A DNA stretch of 64,000 nucleotides, taken from NCBI RefSeq assembly GCF_009914755.1, contig NC_060928.1; one strand, given 5' to 3'. Positions 1-18,599 of the stretch are shown piece after piece. The position numbers and the translations under genes were made by a program. Every line of letters begins with the position of its first letter. The stretch's first letter is position 1. The notes beneath the pieces are model-generated. The model was not told the origin of the DNA and searched no databases. It saw only the letters and a program-made list of their open reading frames with translations. Origin of the DNA: the human T2T-CHM13v2.0 reference genome, Homo sapiens.

Positions 1-439
1 ATAAAAACAACACTTTTAAATAAACTACTGTGAGGAGTATGTAATATGATTGACAAATAATATAGGTAAATAATATGCCTTACACTAAGTAAATATAGCA
101 AAAATGCTTTTAAAATTATTTATGTAATGTTATTTTAGCAGTTTTGAATACACATGCTTTCTTCTTGACAATTTTATAGAACATAAAATTTGGATATAAA
201 TTGTATATTAAAATGTCATATTTAAAATTCATTCAAAAATTGGTTGGCAGTGTCTTTTTTTTCAGTTGAAAAACCCATTGATTTAGAATCTAACCACCTG
301 CTACAGCAGATGAGTGCCTCTTCCTCTTTGAAAGGAGAATGCCTCAATCTGTGCTTTGGATCTCTTTGAACTATTTTCTATCCCAGTGCTTATTATCTAT
401 TCTTTCTCTCAACATGCAATCAGGTTCTCTCAATTTGAT

Positions 440-1555
440 TCTTCTCATTTTTAAAAGCATCTTCTCAGTTCTCCTTATTTCAAAAATCAATAACAGTAGC
501 AGCAGCAACAAAACTTCTGAATCCTATTTCTTCCTTTTGTCAACCTATACTAAGCTTTCCTTCATGACTGACACTCTCAAAACGTGTGCCTATTCTTATT
601 GTTTTTATTTTGTCACCAACATGTCTGGCAATTCATTGGAACTGGCTTCTGTCTCTATTAATAACCTAAGCAGCTCCCACTACTAAACAAAGCCATAGCC
701 TCTGTGTTACTAAGTCCAAATCTCATTCTACCCAGAGTGTTAATCCCCCCACCCATTCATTTATTTCTATGTACTTTGTTTTTTCTTTTACAATATTCTC
801 ATGCATTTTTTCTACCTCACTGACCACCCATTCAGTCTCCTGTGCAAATCCGGTTTCAATAATAAAACCACGGTAAATTGAGTTTCTCCAGGTCAGACCT
901 AGAAAACCTTCTCTTTTCAATCTATACCTTCTTCCTTGATCTTATCCAAATCTTAGGTTTTGAGATTTACTTTATTGAAAGAAAACTTACAAATGTATAT
1001 CATCATTTTAGTTATCTCCTCAGAGCTCATGATGGAATATGCTGTTTGGTATCTCTGTTTATCTTAAAAACACTTCACAAACAACATTCTAAAGGATGAA
1101 AAAGACTTACACTCAAAAGACATGTGTAACTATTCTGTTATACAGGACAGTAATTTACTTTTGTCCTTCTCCACTCCATCAAACTTAAGCTCAACATCAA
1201 ACTCTATCAAACTGAACCATATTATGTCTATTAAATCTTCACATTTATCTTCACAATGCAACCCCCTTCTCTCCTGTCTCCCTGTTATGTAGATACACAC
1301 ACACACAAACTAGTCCAAGATATTTTCATGTGTCTTCTAGAATATTAGTTATTCTGTTGAACCTCCTTTTTTTGCTTCCAGTCAATTCTCCATTTCTGCA
1401 TTCAGAATTCCAAAGTGCAAATGTTATCTGAAAAATAAGCCCTTCATTAAAACATTTAAATGGCTCTTCAATGCCCTCAGCCATAAAAAAAAGTCTTTAA
1501 TATTTGTCCCATGAAGTGCTGTGTGATAGGCCCTCTAATTGTCTTCCCAGCAGAT
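440..1555 (+). mobile_element. Degraded L2 LINE fragment(s)
   Basis: L2-like run at ~1380-1550 (tcaattctccatttctgc...aaatggctcttcaatgccctcag...ggccctctaattgtcttcccagc); upstream part is weakly similar and boundaries are approximate. Confidence 0.55.
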
Positions 1556-1599
1556 TCTCACAATGTGATACTGTGAGCAACGCTATGTTATATAAACTC

Positions 1600-3055
<1,456 letters not shown>

Positions 3056-4105
3056 TCAATTGAAATTTAATACTAATTATGTTATTTTTCAAGTCTAAAT
3101 TTTCCATTTTCCATGGAATTGTCTTCTTCTTCTTCTCCTTTTTTTTTTTGGTAGTAGGGTAGTAGTTAGCACTGTACCCACTATTTGTGGTCCCCTTTTT
3201 TGGATCCCAGTAATTTGGTGAAACCAAAATGGTGAAAGTCTCCATTCTCCATTTTGTCATCTATTTCCTGAAAAAATTAATCATATTATTTTAAAACTCA
3301 TGCATGCTAACCACATTATCTTATCTCCACATCCTCTTCTTCCTCCTCCTCCTCTCCTTATTTTTTTTTGTCTTGTCATTTGAAGTTGTCCACTAACATG
3401 ATTGGTAGTTTTTTTTATTAAAACTGAATATTTGTATGAAAAATGGAGAGATAATTTGAAGCCTGTCCAATATTACCTTCTTCCAAAGGTTTAATTATGT
3501 TTTCTAGCATGCCATTACAGAAAGTACAGATCAACATATGGAACCAAGTCAATTTGAAGCTGTATTTCAGCCTTTGTAAAGACTGGTTTATTGCAGATTC
3601 TACCTTACTTCTTGGTTGTATTCTTAATAAAACCTTAAATTGAAATTCAGGATATGGTGTTTGCCAATATCTCTACTATTTGGTGAAACTTGAATTCCAG
3701 TTTTTGAATTCTCTTAGCTACCACTTCCTGGTAAGTTTTTGGTCCTTTGGTTCATTCTTAAAAATTTAGTGGAAAAAAATGAAGCAAAATGTAAGGCTTA
3801 CTTCAGTGTTCTTCACTTATTGCCAAAAATGCTACTTCTCAAATCCTAGCTGCTTTAACTCTAAACTATTTTGTGGGCATAGTCATGTTGTGTAAAACTC
3901 CAAAACATGTCTCTCAGTATCCCAATCCTCTTCTTGCAGATTTCTATTCTGCTTCTTATTCTTTTGGCCCCACACAGGAAAATTAACAAATATCTTAAAG
4001 GACAGTACTTCCAAACAAGTAATGTTTCCCTTGATGCCTCTCTACTCCCCAGGATTCCAGACTCTCATGTCCTCGTTGCCTTGGTGGTTCTCTAACACTT
4101 TCACC

Positions 4106-4106
<1 letters not shown>

Positions 4107-4190
<84 letters not shown>

Positions 4191-4201
4191 CGCATGCGCA
4201 C
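4107..4201. repeat. Compound microsatellite (AG)20(TG)18(CG)5
   Basis: Read directly. Confidence 0.98.
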
Positions 4202-4699
4202 TCAGTGGAGGTGGTTAAGGGGGCAGTTGGGGGGATTTATGTGCGTTGCCATTCAACTTTTCTACCTGTTCCCCATAGATGTTGTTCTGAATTGAAATGA
4301 ACTGTCATTTATGAAAAATTACTTTCTTTATTGCTCATAAAAGGTGACATCTCTTCTACCACAAGACCGTGGCGTAAATTATTTTCTTTGAAATGTTCTC
4401 TTCCCATTCTAGTGCTTCCCACCACCTCACTTTAGTGAACTACCACTTATCTTTTAATATTGATCTCATTCAATATGTTCCCTGTACTTTGCCCATTATT
4501 TTAATAGTATATAATTTAAAATAACATTTTACCAGGTGTAATTTTATCAATATTTTTATACTTAGCTAAATAATACAAAGTCTGTAGAATATTTTAAAGC
4601 TAATAGCCCACGCTTCAAAATTATGGCTGTTCAATAAGTAAATGTGGTACTATTTTTAAATAAAAAATTAGATATAATAATTATTATTGCTTTGTTTAA

Positions 4700-4926
4700 T
4701 GTTTGCTTGCATTTACCTTTTTGTTTATCAGTTTTCTTATTGGGTTTCCTAAGACAACCCTTGTGGAATATTTTCCTTTTTATACAATGAAAGTAGATTA
4801 GTAATAAATGTTCTTATGTTTCTGTTAAATAAAAAATATATTAATTATGTGCTTGCTTCTAAAAAGCTAGTTTCCTTGGTCTAAACTTGTATATTTACAG
4901 AATTTCATCTCAAAAAAGTCTGTGCA

Positions 4927-4962
<36 letters not shown>

Positions 4963-5700
4963 TATTCCTATGGGTGCTATTGAGAAAGACCTGTTCCTTT
5001 TAATGATTTTTAAAAAATTTGATTAGGTAATCATTTTTCTCTAGTTGTACTTTTATTCTCTCTTTACATTAGTGTTTTTCTCTTTTTCTTTGAGCCTAAA
5101 ATTGAAATTCATATTTTATATTGCACATCTCTTGGCAATTGTGGAAAAGTTTAAAATCTTTTGCAAAACCATCTCTTTTCCATTCTATTATATTCTATTG
5201 GCATAAAATTATTGTGTAGATGAGCCTTGTCACATTGTCTTCCAGGTAGCTTACCAATTCCTTCATCTTTTCTTAAGGTACTGATTAATGTATTTACATC
5301 TTTCTTTTCAAGCTCACAATTTCTCTTTTAAAATTTATCTAGTGTGCCTTTTAAAGAGTCTCTTCTGCTTTAATAGTTCGTATTATATTGTACATTTCTA
5401 TAATTATTCTTTTTGAAATCTTGGAGTTATTTTTTAATGCTTTCTTTTTGTTCATCTTTAAGCTTAGAATTTTGATTTAAATATAAATTAACCCCTATTG
5501 TATTCTCTGTAAAACTTCCCAAAAGGAAGAATAGGTCTTTTTCTGTTTTCTGTTCATTCATTTTTCCTGCTGCCGCTCACTTATGATTCTATTTGGATTG
5601 TATAATATGTGTTTTTGATGAGTCCAAGAGCTTGGATAATTAATCTATTATGATCCTTCTAGGTCTGATTTGAAGATGTACTTTTCCAGAGAGAATTTGC
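4700..5700 (-). mobile_element. Very old L1M/HAL1-like ORF1-region fragment
   Basis: T-rich antisense sequence resembling ancient L1 ORF1; weak. Confidence 0.35.
4929..4956. repeat. (TG)14 microsatellite
   Basis: Read directly. Confidence 0.95.
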
Positions 5701-6099
5701 AAATCATTTGTCAATGTGGCTAAGCAACTTATTTAAATCAAATGGTTCTCATAAATTTTATTTGTAAGTAGTTCACAAAAGCAATTTGAGTTTAGTTCAT
5801 GATATTTTATGTGTTTACTCCACAAATTACCTTAAGATTTTTTTCCCCTTGTAATTGATATAAGAGTTGGGCAGGCTTATTCCTTTAAGACACATTTTTC
5901 ACAGGGGTTAATATTTTTCTTCAATGTTCTAATAAAAACGTTTCTGTTTGGCGTTCCATTTTCATAAGGTTTTCCCCTACCTTAACATGAAAAAGCATTA
6001 CCTTCGGAATTATTTTCCAGTACAGACTTCAAAAGAGAAGCTCAAAACTTCAAGCATTTAGTTAAGAGGGGAAGCTATCTAGGATACAGATAGATAATA

Positions 6100-7930
6100 C
6101 TGCACCAAATATTTTGTACTCCTTGTAGAACATAAAATTGTTACTGGGATGTGACCACATTACATTTGCCCATGTATATTTATTTAGGTGTGATTATGTG
6201 ACTAAGTTCTCAACAATGGAACATGTGCAGAAGTGACATATAAAACTTTGAGGCCATGAAATTAAAAATCTGTCACATGATTAATAATTCTCTTCTGTCT
6301 CCTAGGTCAGTGTCTATGTTTAGATGGTGACAGAGCCACAAGATGCTAGGGTGTGTCTCTGTATAATAACCTTAAATCAGAGATCTCACACCACTGATTT
6401 GGCTTTTAATGGACAAGAACAACTTCCTTTTTTTTGCAGAGTCACTGACGTTTTAGATTTAACATTAACAGTGCTATCCTTACTTTATCTAATCCATAAA
6501 TTGGTCACTTGATGTGTTATAATGATAAATGAGTTATTTTTTTGTATCAGGTGAAAAGTAGTAGGCATACATCAGCCAATACTTCATGAAAGACTTGTGT
6601 CACAAAATTAGGGCAAATAGAGACCTATTATAGTAGTCATTATTGTTCTTCTCCAGTATTTCTGGCTCAGCCCTTTGCTACCTACATACAACCCTTTGTT
6701 AATCTTTTTTGGTCTCTTTATGGTTTGATGAGGACATGGAATTAATCCTGTCTAATGAGAGCTATAAGTGAAAATGTTATATTCTCCAGAACCATAACAT
6801 GTATTTGCTGGTGCTAGACTCTCCAAAGCTAGGTTTCTTTCTACAACAATGGCTGGAAGTCTTCTTGGTAGTAGCTGTGTTACTAACTTTGATCCCAGAG
6901 TGAAAATGTTGCAAAGCCGAACTCAAAGCCACATTGCCATTGGAACACAACATGAGTTAAATATAAACGTTATTGGTCTTATTCCATTGTAGTATAAGAT
7001 TGCTTCGTTCTACAACATAACCTACAGTATAGACTGCTAAAAAATGGCAAAACACTTGGAAAAAACTTGCCTGTGATGATTAGAAGTTGGAAGGTAGACC
7101 AAGTGCCTGCTGACCTAAAACTCTAGAGGTTAAAAATAGTGTGTGAGATATGTATTGATTCAAATCAGTACATTTAGCAATGTATTAGATGTTTTAAAAA
7201 TTTTGAGCTCCAAGGACTTGGAAATTTTACAAGTTCAATGGAATGGAGTTCAAAAATTTTGTGTCAGCGGAGTTGCAAAGGGTCACTATTAGTAAGCCCC
7301 AAATATGGTTATAAGACTGAAGAAGGTTTGGAGTAACACAATCCACCCAAGAGTCAACTCTGGATCAAAAATCAAATGATGATATACCCTTTCTTCCCAT
7401 GCCTGATGCTGTCTGTCACTAGATAGAGTGAGTGAAGAATGAGGATAAGCGAGTAAGGCAACACACAATTAATTGAAAAATCAATCTAGGAAATGACTTT
7501 GCTTGTGGTTACAAATGCATGGATCTGTAGCAAACATATGAAACAGAAATGAAAAGCTCATAACATTTTTGATGAAATTGCATTGCCAAAGAAATCATGA
7601 GCTAATAGTGTCCAAACCTTAGTACTTAGGTCAAACACGTACAAACGGAAACCTAGTTTTAACCAGAAAATATTTACAATTTTTTTTTTCACAACACAGA
7701 GTTGCTGCTTGGAAACTAGCTTTTCCAAGCTTCCTTTTATCTCTGAGTGATAAACTCTTGCCATTGGGATATGGTTGAAACTGATGCACCACAGTCCTAG
7801 ACCTTAAACCTCAAAAATCTCCCAGGTGATCTACCAAACTAGATATAGCAACTCCTGCAGTCGACTCAAAGTCCCTCATGAGTGTCTACACAACATGGAA
7901 GGAATCAGGCTTTTAGAATTACCACATGGA
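6100..7930. mobile_element. MLT1 (ERVL-MaLR) LTR pieces and internal remnant
   Basis: MLT1 motif atgtgactaagttctc...atgtgcagaagtgac at ~6197-6238; MLT-int-like aaaatggcaaaacacttgg at ~7041. Confidence 0.5.
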
Positions 7931-8219
7931 TTCCACCACCAAACAATTACATTGAAGTGTCTCGCGGGGTTCGGGGGGTCAGGGGGAACCTTTTAATGCC
8001 TTCAGTCTGAGATTTTGGGTTTGTTAAAGTAAGTAGCTCATTCTAGTAACTCAATCCCTTTATTCCTGTCTTGAATTTATAGCTTCTGATTATTCCTTTT
8101 CTTGCTAAGGAGCAACAGACTTTCAAATATATCTCCATATTTATATTGTCACAAGTTTTTTTTTTTTAACTAACTGGAAGAATTTTCCAAGGTATGTAAG
8201 TCACTATGCTAATGGAAAC

Positions 8220-8515
8220 ATAACTCTATTTCTTCAGATCTTAGCAAATAATATCTCATTTAGGAATGCCTTCTCAAGTTTCACTGTCGTATGTTCTGTT
8301 CCAATGGAACAATTATACAAATTTAAATATATTATTTATATTTAGTATTATTTACATTTATTTAGATTTACCATTTATGGAAGAATGACACATTTTTCAA
8401 TGCCAATCTACCTCACTTTAAGATCATGAAAGCACAGGGTTATTGTTTTAAATTGCCTCTGGTTCTGCTGAATCTAGTAGAAAATGGAAAGAAAACAAAT
8501 ATTTGTAAATAATTA
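8220..8515 (+). mobile_element. L2 3' end remnant
   Basis: taagatcatgaaagcacagggt...aaatatttgtaaat resembles the L2 terminus. Confidence 0.45.
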
Positions 8516-9188
8516 TTCCTAAATTATATGTTATTTTAAAAATCTATCTTTTTTCATATTATTACACTCATTTATATATCTATTTTAAGTATAGGAATAA
8601 GGATAAAGAACGAGCAGATTTTCGATATGCATATTCAGAATTCACAGCTATAAAAGTACTGTCAAAACACTTTAATATTTTGAATGGTGCCAAATATGCC
8701 GATTATGAACCAAAATCAACATAGTTCAGTAAACATGTATTTGCTAACTTTGCAAAATGTCCAAGGCACTGTGTAGACATTAAAAAACTGAAAACATGTA
8801 AGTTGGGAAATCTTATCCTCAAACTTCAATTTAATTAGAGAAACAAAAATGAATGCATAACTCTTACCCAAAGAAGATATAGAAGGTAGCTCTGGAATCA
8901 CACAAAATAGGAGGCTGTGTAATTACTCATTTTACTTGGCTACTTTTGTGAGTAAAAAAGGATGCTATGGACAACTGCTGACAGATACAACAGGCATAAC
9001 CTGGGACTGACCCAAGCAAACTGGCAACTCTATACTGATTAATGATATCAGTGTTGAGTAAGTAAAGATTCCTTTTTCCTGGGAGCACAAAAGAGAGTAG
9101 TTCCTTTGGTTGTTGATGGAATTTGACCTAAACCTTGAAAAATGGCTAGAAGTATTACAGGTAAAGTTAGTTCAAGAAACAAGACATT

Positions 9189-11438
9189 AGGCTGAGAAGC
9201 AGAGCAAGATGGTAGAATGGAAGGCTCTACTGATAGTCCCCTCTTCAAGGACACCAATGTAACAGCTATCCACACAGAAAAAAACACTTCAGAAGAACCA
9301 AAAATCAGGTGAGCCATTATGCTACTTGGTTTTATCTTTGTATCACTGAAGAAATAGATCAAAACAGTCTTGAAATGTGGATGCCACCCCTCTCGCAGCC
9401 CCTGTCAAGGCTGCAAGCTGGGGAGAGTGTCTCTGGGCATTAGGGGAGGGAGATTACATCAACTGTCAGGCGTTGAACTGAATGCTGTCCTGGTAAAACA
9501 GAAAGGAAAACCAGACCAAACTCAGCTGATGTCCGCCCAGGGAAACAGTGTTTAAGCCACCCCTAGCCAGAGGATCCCAACAGTCTGAACTTGAGTTCCC
9601 ACAAGCCTCGTCACTGTGGGCTACAGTGCCCTGTGTCTCTAATGAACGTAGAGGACAATCTAGACTGTAAAGACTGCAATATTCTTGAAATGTCCGCACT
9701 ACCCAAGGCCATCTACAGATTCAATGCAATCTCTATCAAATTACCAATGATATTCTTCACAGAAATAGAAATAAAAATCCCATATTTTACATGGAACCAC
9801 AAAAGACCCAGAATATCACAAACTTTCCTAACTAAAAAGAACAAAACTGGAGGAATTACATTAACTGACTTCAAATTATACTACAGAGTAACAGTAACCA
9901 AAACAGCATGGTACTGGCATAAAATCAGACACATAGACCAAAGGAACAGAATAGATAACTCAGAAACAAATCCACATGCCTAGAGTGAACTTACTTTGGA
10001 CAAAGGTGCAAAGAACATACACTGGGCAAAGGACAGTCTCTTCAATAAATGGTGCTGGGAAAACTAGATATCCATATATAGAAGAATAAAACTAGACTCC
10101 TATCTCTCACCATATACAAAAATAAAATCAAAATGGATTAAAGACTTAATCTAAGACATCAAACTATACAACTACCAGAAGAAAACATTGGGGAAAGTCT
10201 CCAGGACATTGGCCTGGGCAAAAATTTTTGAGCAATACCCCACAAGCATAGGCAACAAAAGTAAAAATGGGTAAAAAGCATCTCACCGAGGTAAAAAACG
10301 TTTCTGCACATCAAAGGAAATAATCAACAAACTGAAGAGATAACCCACAGAATGGGAGAAAACATTTGCAAACTACCCATCTGAAAAGGGATTAAATACC
10401 AGACTGTATAAGGAGGTCAAACAACTATAGAAAAAATATATAATAATACAATCGATAAATGGGCAGAACATATGAATAGACATCACTCAAAGAAGATATA
10501 CAGATAACAACAGGCATATGAAAAGATGCTCAACATCATTCATCATCAGAGCAATGCAAATCAAAACTAAAATGAGATATTATCTTACCCCAGTTAAAAT
10601 GGCTTATAGTCAAAAGACAGGCAATAACTAATGATGACAAGCATGTGGAGAAAAGGGAATCTTTGTATACTGTTGGTGGGAATGTAAATTTTTACAACCA
10701 ATTTAAAGAACAGTTTGGAGTTTCCTCAAAAAACTAAAAATTGAGTCACCAAATGATCCAGTAATTCCATTGCTGGATATATACTCCAAAGAAAGGAAAT
10801 CAGTGTATTGAAGAGATATCTGCACTCCTATGTTTGTTGCAGCACTGTTTGCAATAGCTATGATTAGGAAGTAATCTAAGTGTCTATCGACAGACGAATG
10901 GATAAAAAAAAATATGGTACATACACACAATGCAGTACTATTCAGCCATAAAAAAGAACGATATCCAGTCATTTGTAACAACATGGATGGAACTGGAGAT
11001 CATTATGTTAAGTGAAATAAGTCAGGCACAGAAAGACAAACTTCGCATGTTCTCACATATTTGTGGGAGGTGAAAATTAACATAATTAAATTCATGGAGA
11101 TATAAAGTAGAAGGATATTTATCTGAGGCTGGAAAGGGTAGTGAGGGTCTGCGGGGAGGGTGGGGATAATTTTAACGGGTACAAAAAATAGAAAGAATGA
11201 ATGAGACCTACTATTTGAGTGTGCTACAGGATGACTAAAGTCAATAATAACTTAGTTGTACATTTTTAAATAACTTAAAGAGTGATTGTTTGTAACTCAA
11301 AGGATAAATGCTTGAGTAGATGGATACACTATTCTCCATGATGTGCTTGTTTTACATTGCATGCCTGTACTGAAACATCTTATGTACTCCATACACACAC
11401 ACACACACGTATATATATACTATCCATCCACAAAAATG
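9189..11438 (+). mobile_element. L1MA1-3-like LINE with both termini and a large internal deletion
   Basis: 5' UTR start gagcaagatggtagaatggaaggctc jumps at ~9678 into late ORF2 ([11 protein letters not shown]); L1MA 3' UTR; TSD aagaaa(c)aagacatt at 9174-9188 and 11439-11452. Confidence 0.85.
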
Positions 11439-12671
11439 AAGAAAAAGACATTGACTAAAAATAGGAAATTTCTCTGGGCACTAAAAGTTTATTTAATACA
11501 TAAAATAGATTTTTTATAAGACCCACAATTCTGATACAAATCAATAATATTCTTATTTTAAATTTGATTGAACAATATTAAAAAATTAAATCTCATGCAC
11601 AAGTATACACAAACATTTAATTGCAGCATCAATGCTAATTAAGATGTATTTGACACTAGTGGCATTAGAATAGGTTTTACGAGGAACAATGCAGGGTGTG
11701 ATGAATTTGAATGCCAACCTAGGGAAAGGATACATCATTCTGTAAGCAATATTAATTCATCTAAAATTTGATTAGGGAAGAGATACATATTTTGAATAGC
11801 AAGATAGTCATACAGTTCTGCAGTGAACTAAAATTATATGAGATATTTATGTTGGATGGGTAAATCTTAATTTAAAATACCAATATTCTCATTAAACATT
11901 GTTGATCTTGTGGGATTTGTTACTTCACTTTTCTTTGGAAAAATATGTTCAATCAGTACATGCTACAGATGCTAGTGTTGACAAGCAACGATTATGGATA
12001 AGGCAGAGTAAGGAACTCTCCTCTGTTTATAGCCTCCCATATGCCTCATATAACACTCTACAAACAAGATAAAATTTATGTCAAAGTCATTTTTCAAAAC
12101 AACTAAGACAGTTTGATTAATGTCTTTGATGTCAGTAACAGAATAAGAAACTTACATGAAAAATTACATTTAAATAATGACACAATTAGGCAATAATCTT
12201 GAACTGTCATACAGAGTGAGTTAAAATATCAGTTTGTTCAAAAGTTCAATATAATTATGAAATATATATTCATGTATTCCTTAAAACTTTTTTTAAAATT
12301 GTGCAGAGTAAATTGAGTATATATGAAGAGGAAAAATAAAGTTTCATGGCTACTAAGTCTATGTTCCATTTTTCAGAGAGTCTTTATATTAAAAGTTTGC
12401 AATATACAATTCTGAGAGGATAAATATCCTCATGTTCAATTTCTATAATTAAACATTTTGTTTTTGCTTTCATTAGCATTTTACTAAAGAGATGTTTAAA
12501 AAAACTTAAGTTATCACAATCTGCAGTTATTTTCTTCCCAAATCTTTCATGATATACATGTCAATTTCCGGCTTCCACATTTGCATGGTACACTAAAAAA
12601 TTCCAGGAACTTGCTCTGCCCCAGTAAAAGATGTTTAGGACCATAATGATTGTATTTGAAATGTATTTCCA

Positions 12672-13697
12672 GGGCGGTTCCAAGATGGCTGAATAGGAAC
12701 AGCTCCAGTCTACAGCTCCCAGCATGAGTGATTCAGAAGACGAATGATTTCTGCATTTCCAACTGAGGTACCTGGTTCATCTCACTGGGGATTGTCGGAC
12801 AGTGGGAGTAGGACAGTGGGTGCAGCGCACCAAGTGTGAGCTGAAGCAGGGTGAGGCATCGCCTCACCTGCGAAGCACAAGGGGTCAAGGAATTCTCTTT
12901 CCTAGCCAAGGAAAGGGGTGATAGACGGCACCTGGAAAATCGGGTCACTCCCACCCTGATACTGTGCTTTTCCAACGGTCTTAGCAAATGGCATACCAGG
13001 ATATTATATCCTGCACCTGGCTCGGAGGGTCCTACGCACCCAGAGCCTCGCTCATTGCTAGCACAGCCGTCTGAGATCAAACTGCAAGGTGGCAGCGAGG
13101 CTGGGGGAGGGGCGCCCACCATTGCTGAGGCTTGAGCAGGTAAACAAAGCGGCCAGGAAGCTCGAATTGGGTGGAGCCCACCGCAGCTCAAGGAGGCCTG
13201 CCTGCCTCTGTAGAATCTACGTCTGGGGGCATGGCATAGCCAAATAAAAGGCAGCAGAAACCTCTGCAGACTTAAATGTCCCTGTCTGACAGCTTGGAAG
13301 ACAGTAGTGGTACTCCCAGCGCACAGCTGGAGATCTGAGAACAGACAGACTGCCTCCTCAAGTGGGTCCCTGACCCCTGAGTAGCCTAACTGGGAGGCAC
13401 CCCCAAGTAGGGGCAGACTGACACCTCACACGGCTGGGTACTCCTCTGAGACAAAACTTCCAGAGGAACGATCAGGCAGCAACATTTGCTGTTCACCAAT
13501 ATTCACTGTTCTGCAGCCTCCACTGCTGATACCCAGGCAATCAGGGTCTGGAGTGCACTTCCGGCAAACTCCAACAGACCTGCAGCTGAGGGTCCTTACT
13601 GTTAGAAGGAAAACTAACAAACAGAAAGGACATCCACACCAAAACTCCATCTGTACGTCACCATCATCAAAGAACAAAAGTAGATAAAAATACAAAT
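12672..13697 (+). promoter_or_regulatory. L1 5' UTR (internal sense and antisense promoter region)
   Basis: YY1-site region caagatggct at 12681-12690 (one change from CAAGATGGCC); position upstream of ORF1; activity not shown. Confidence 0.7.
12733..13122 (-). CDS. ORF0: L1 ORF0-like antisense ORF, 129 aa
   Basis: ATG at 13122 gives MVGAPPPASLPPCSLISD...IRVGVTRFSRC, matching ORF0p; open to the stop at 12733; expression unknown. Confidence 0.65.
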   Translation of the reverse strand: MVGAPPPASLPPCSLISDGCASNERGSGCVGPSEPGAGYNILVCHLLRPLEKHSIRVGVTRFSRCRLSPLSLARKENSLTPCASQVRRCLTLLQLTLGALHPLSYSHCPTIPSEMNQVPQLEMQKSFVF

Positions 13698-14713
13698 ATG
13701 GGGAAAAAACAGAGCAGAAAAACTGAAAATTCTAAAAATCAGAACACCTCTCCTCCTCCAAAGGAATGCAGCTCCTCATCAGCAACAGAACAAAGCTGGA
13801 TAGAGAATGACTTTGATGAGTTGAGAGAAGAAGGCTTCAGATGATCAAACTTCTCCGAGCTAAAGGAGGAAGTTCGAACCCATGGCAAAGAAGTTAAAAA
13901 CGTTGAAAAAAGATTAGACGAATGGCTAACTAGAATAACCAATGCAGAGAAGTCCATAAAGGACCTGATGGAGCTGAAAACCATGGCACAAGAACTACAT
14001 AACAAATGCAGAAGCTTCAGTAGCCAATTCGATCAAGTGGAAGGAAGGGTATCAGTGATGGAAGATCAAATGAATGAAATGAAGTGAGAAGAGAAGTTTA
14101 GAGAAAAAAGAATAAAAAGAAATGAACAAAGCCTCCAAGAAATATGGGAATATGTGAAAAGACCAAATCTACATCTGATTGGTGTACCTGAAAGTGACGG
14201 GGAGAATGGAACCAAGCTGGAAAACACTCTGCATGATATTATCCAGGAGAACTCCCCCAATGTAGCAAGGCAGGCGAACATTCAAATTCAGGAAATACAG
14301 AGAATGCCACAAAGATACTCCTCGAGAAGAGCAACTCCAAGACACGTAATAGTCAGATTCACCAAAGTTGAAATGAAGGAAAAAATGTTAAGGGCAGCCA
14401 GAGAGAAAGGTCAGGTTACCCACAAAGGGAAGCCATCAAATTAACAGCTGATCTCTTGGCAGAAACTCTACAAGCCAGAAGAGAGTGGGGACCGATATTC
14501 AACATTCTTAAAGAAAAGAGTTTTCAACCCAGAATTTCATATCCAGCCAAACTAAGCTTCATAAGTGAAGGAGAAATAAAATACTTTACAGATAAGCAAA
14601 TGCTGAGAGATTTTGTCACCACCAGGCCTGCCCTAAAAGAGCTCCCGAAGGAAGCATTAAATATGGAAAGGAACAATTGGTACCAGCCACTGCAAAAATA
14701 TGCCAAATTTTAA
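13698..14713 (+). pseudogene. ORF1: L1 ORF1p pseudogene
   Basis: MGKKQSRK start; TGA at codon 49 (13842-13844); ORF-track fragments KRPNLHLIGVPE and ARREWGPIF in different frames. Confidence 0.95.
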
Positions 14714-14776
14714 AGACCATCAAGGCTAGGAAGAAACTGCATCAACTAACAAGCAAAATAACCAGCTAACATCATA

Positions 14777-18599
<3,823 letters not shown>

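Noticed and set aside
339-1099. 115-aa, 65-aa and 73-aa ORFs
   Set aside because: Low-complexity Leu/Ser/Phe-rich translations of decayed L2-like DNA with no recognisable domain
3995-4201. HTHT/LSLS repeat protein
   Set aside because: Translation of the microsatellite
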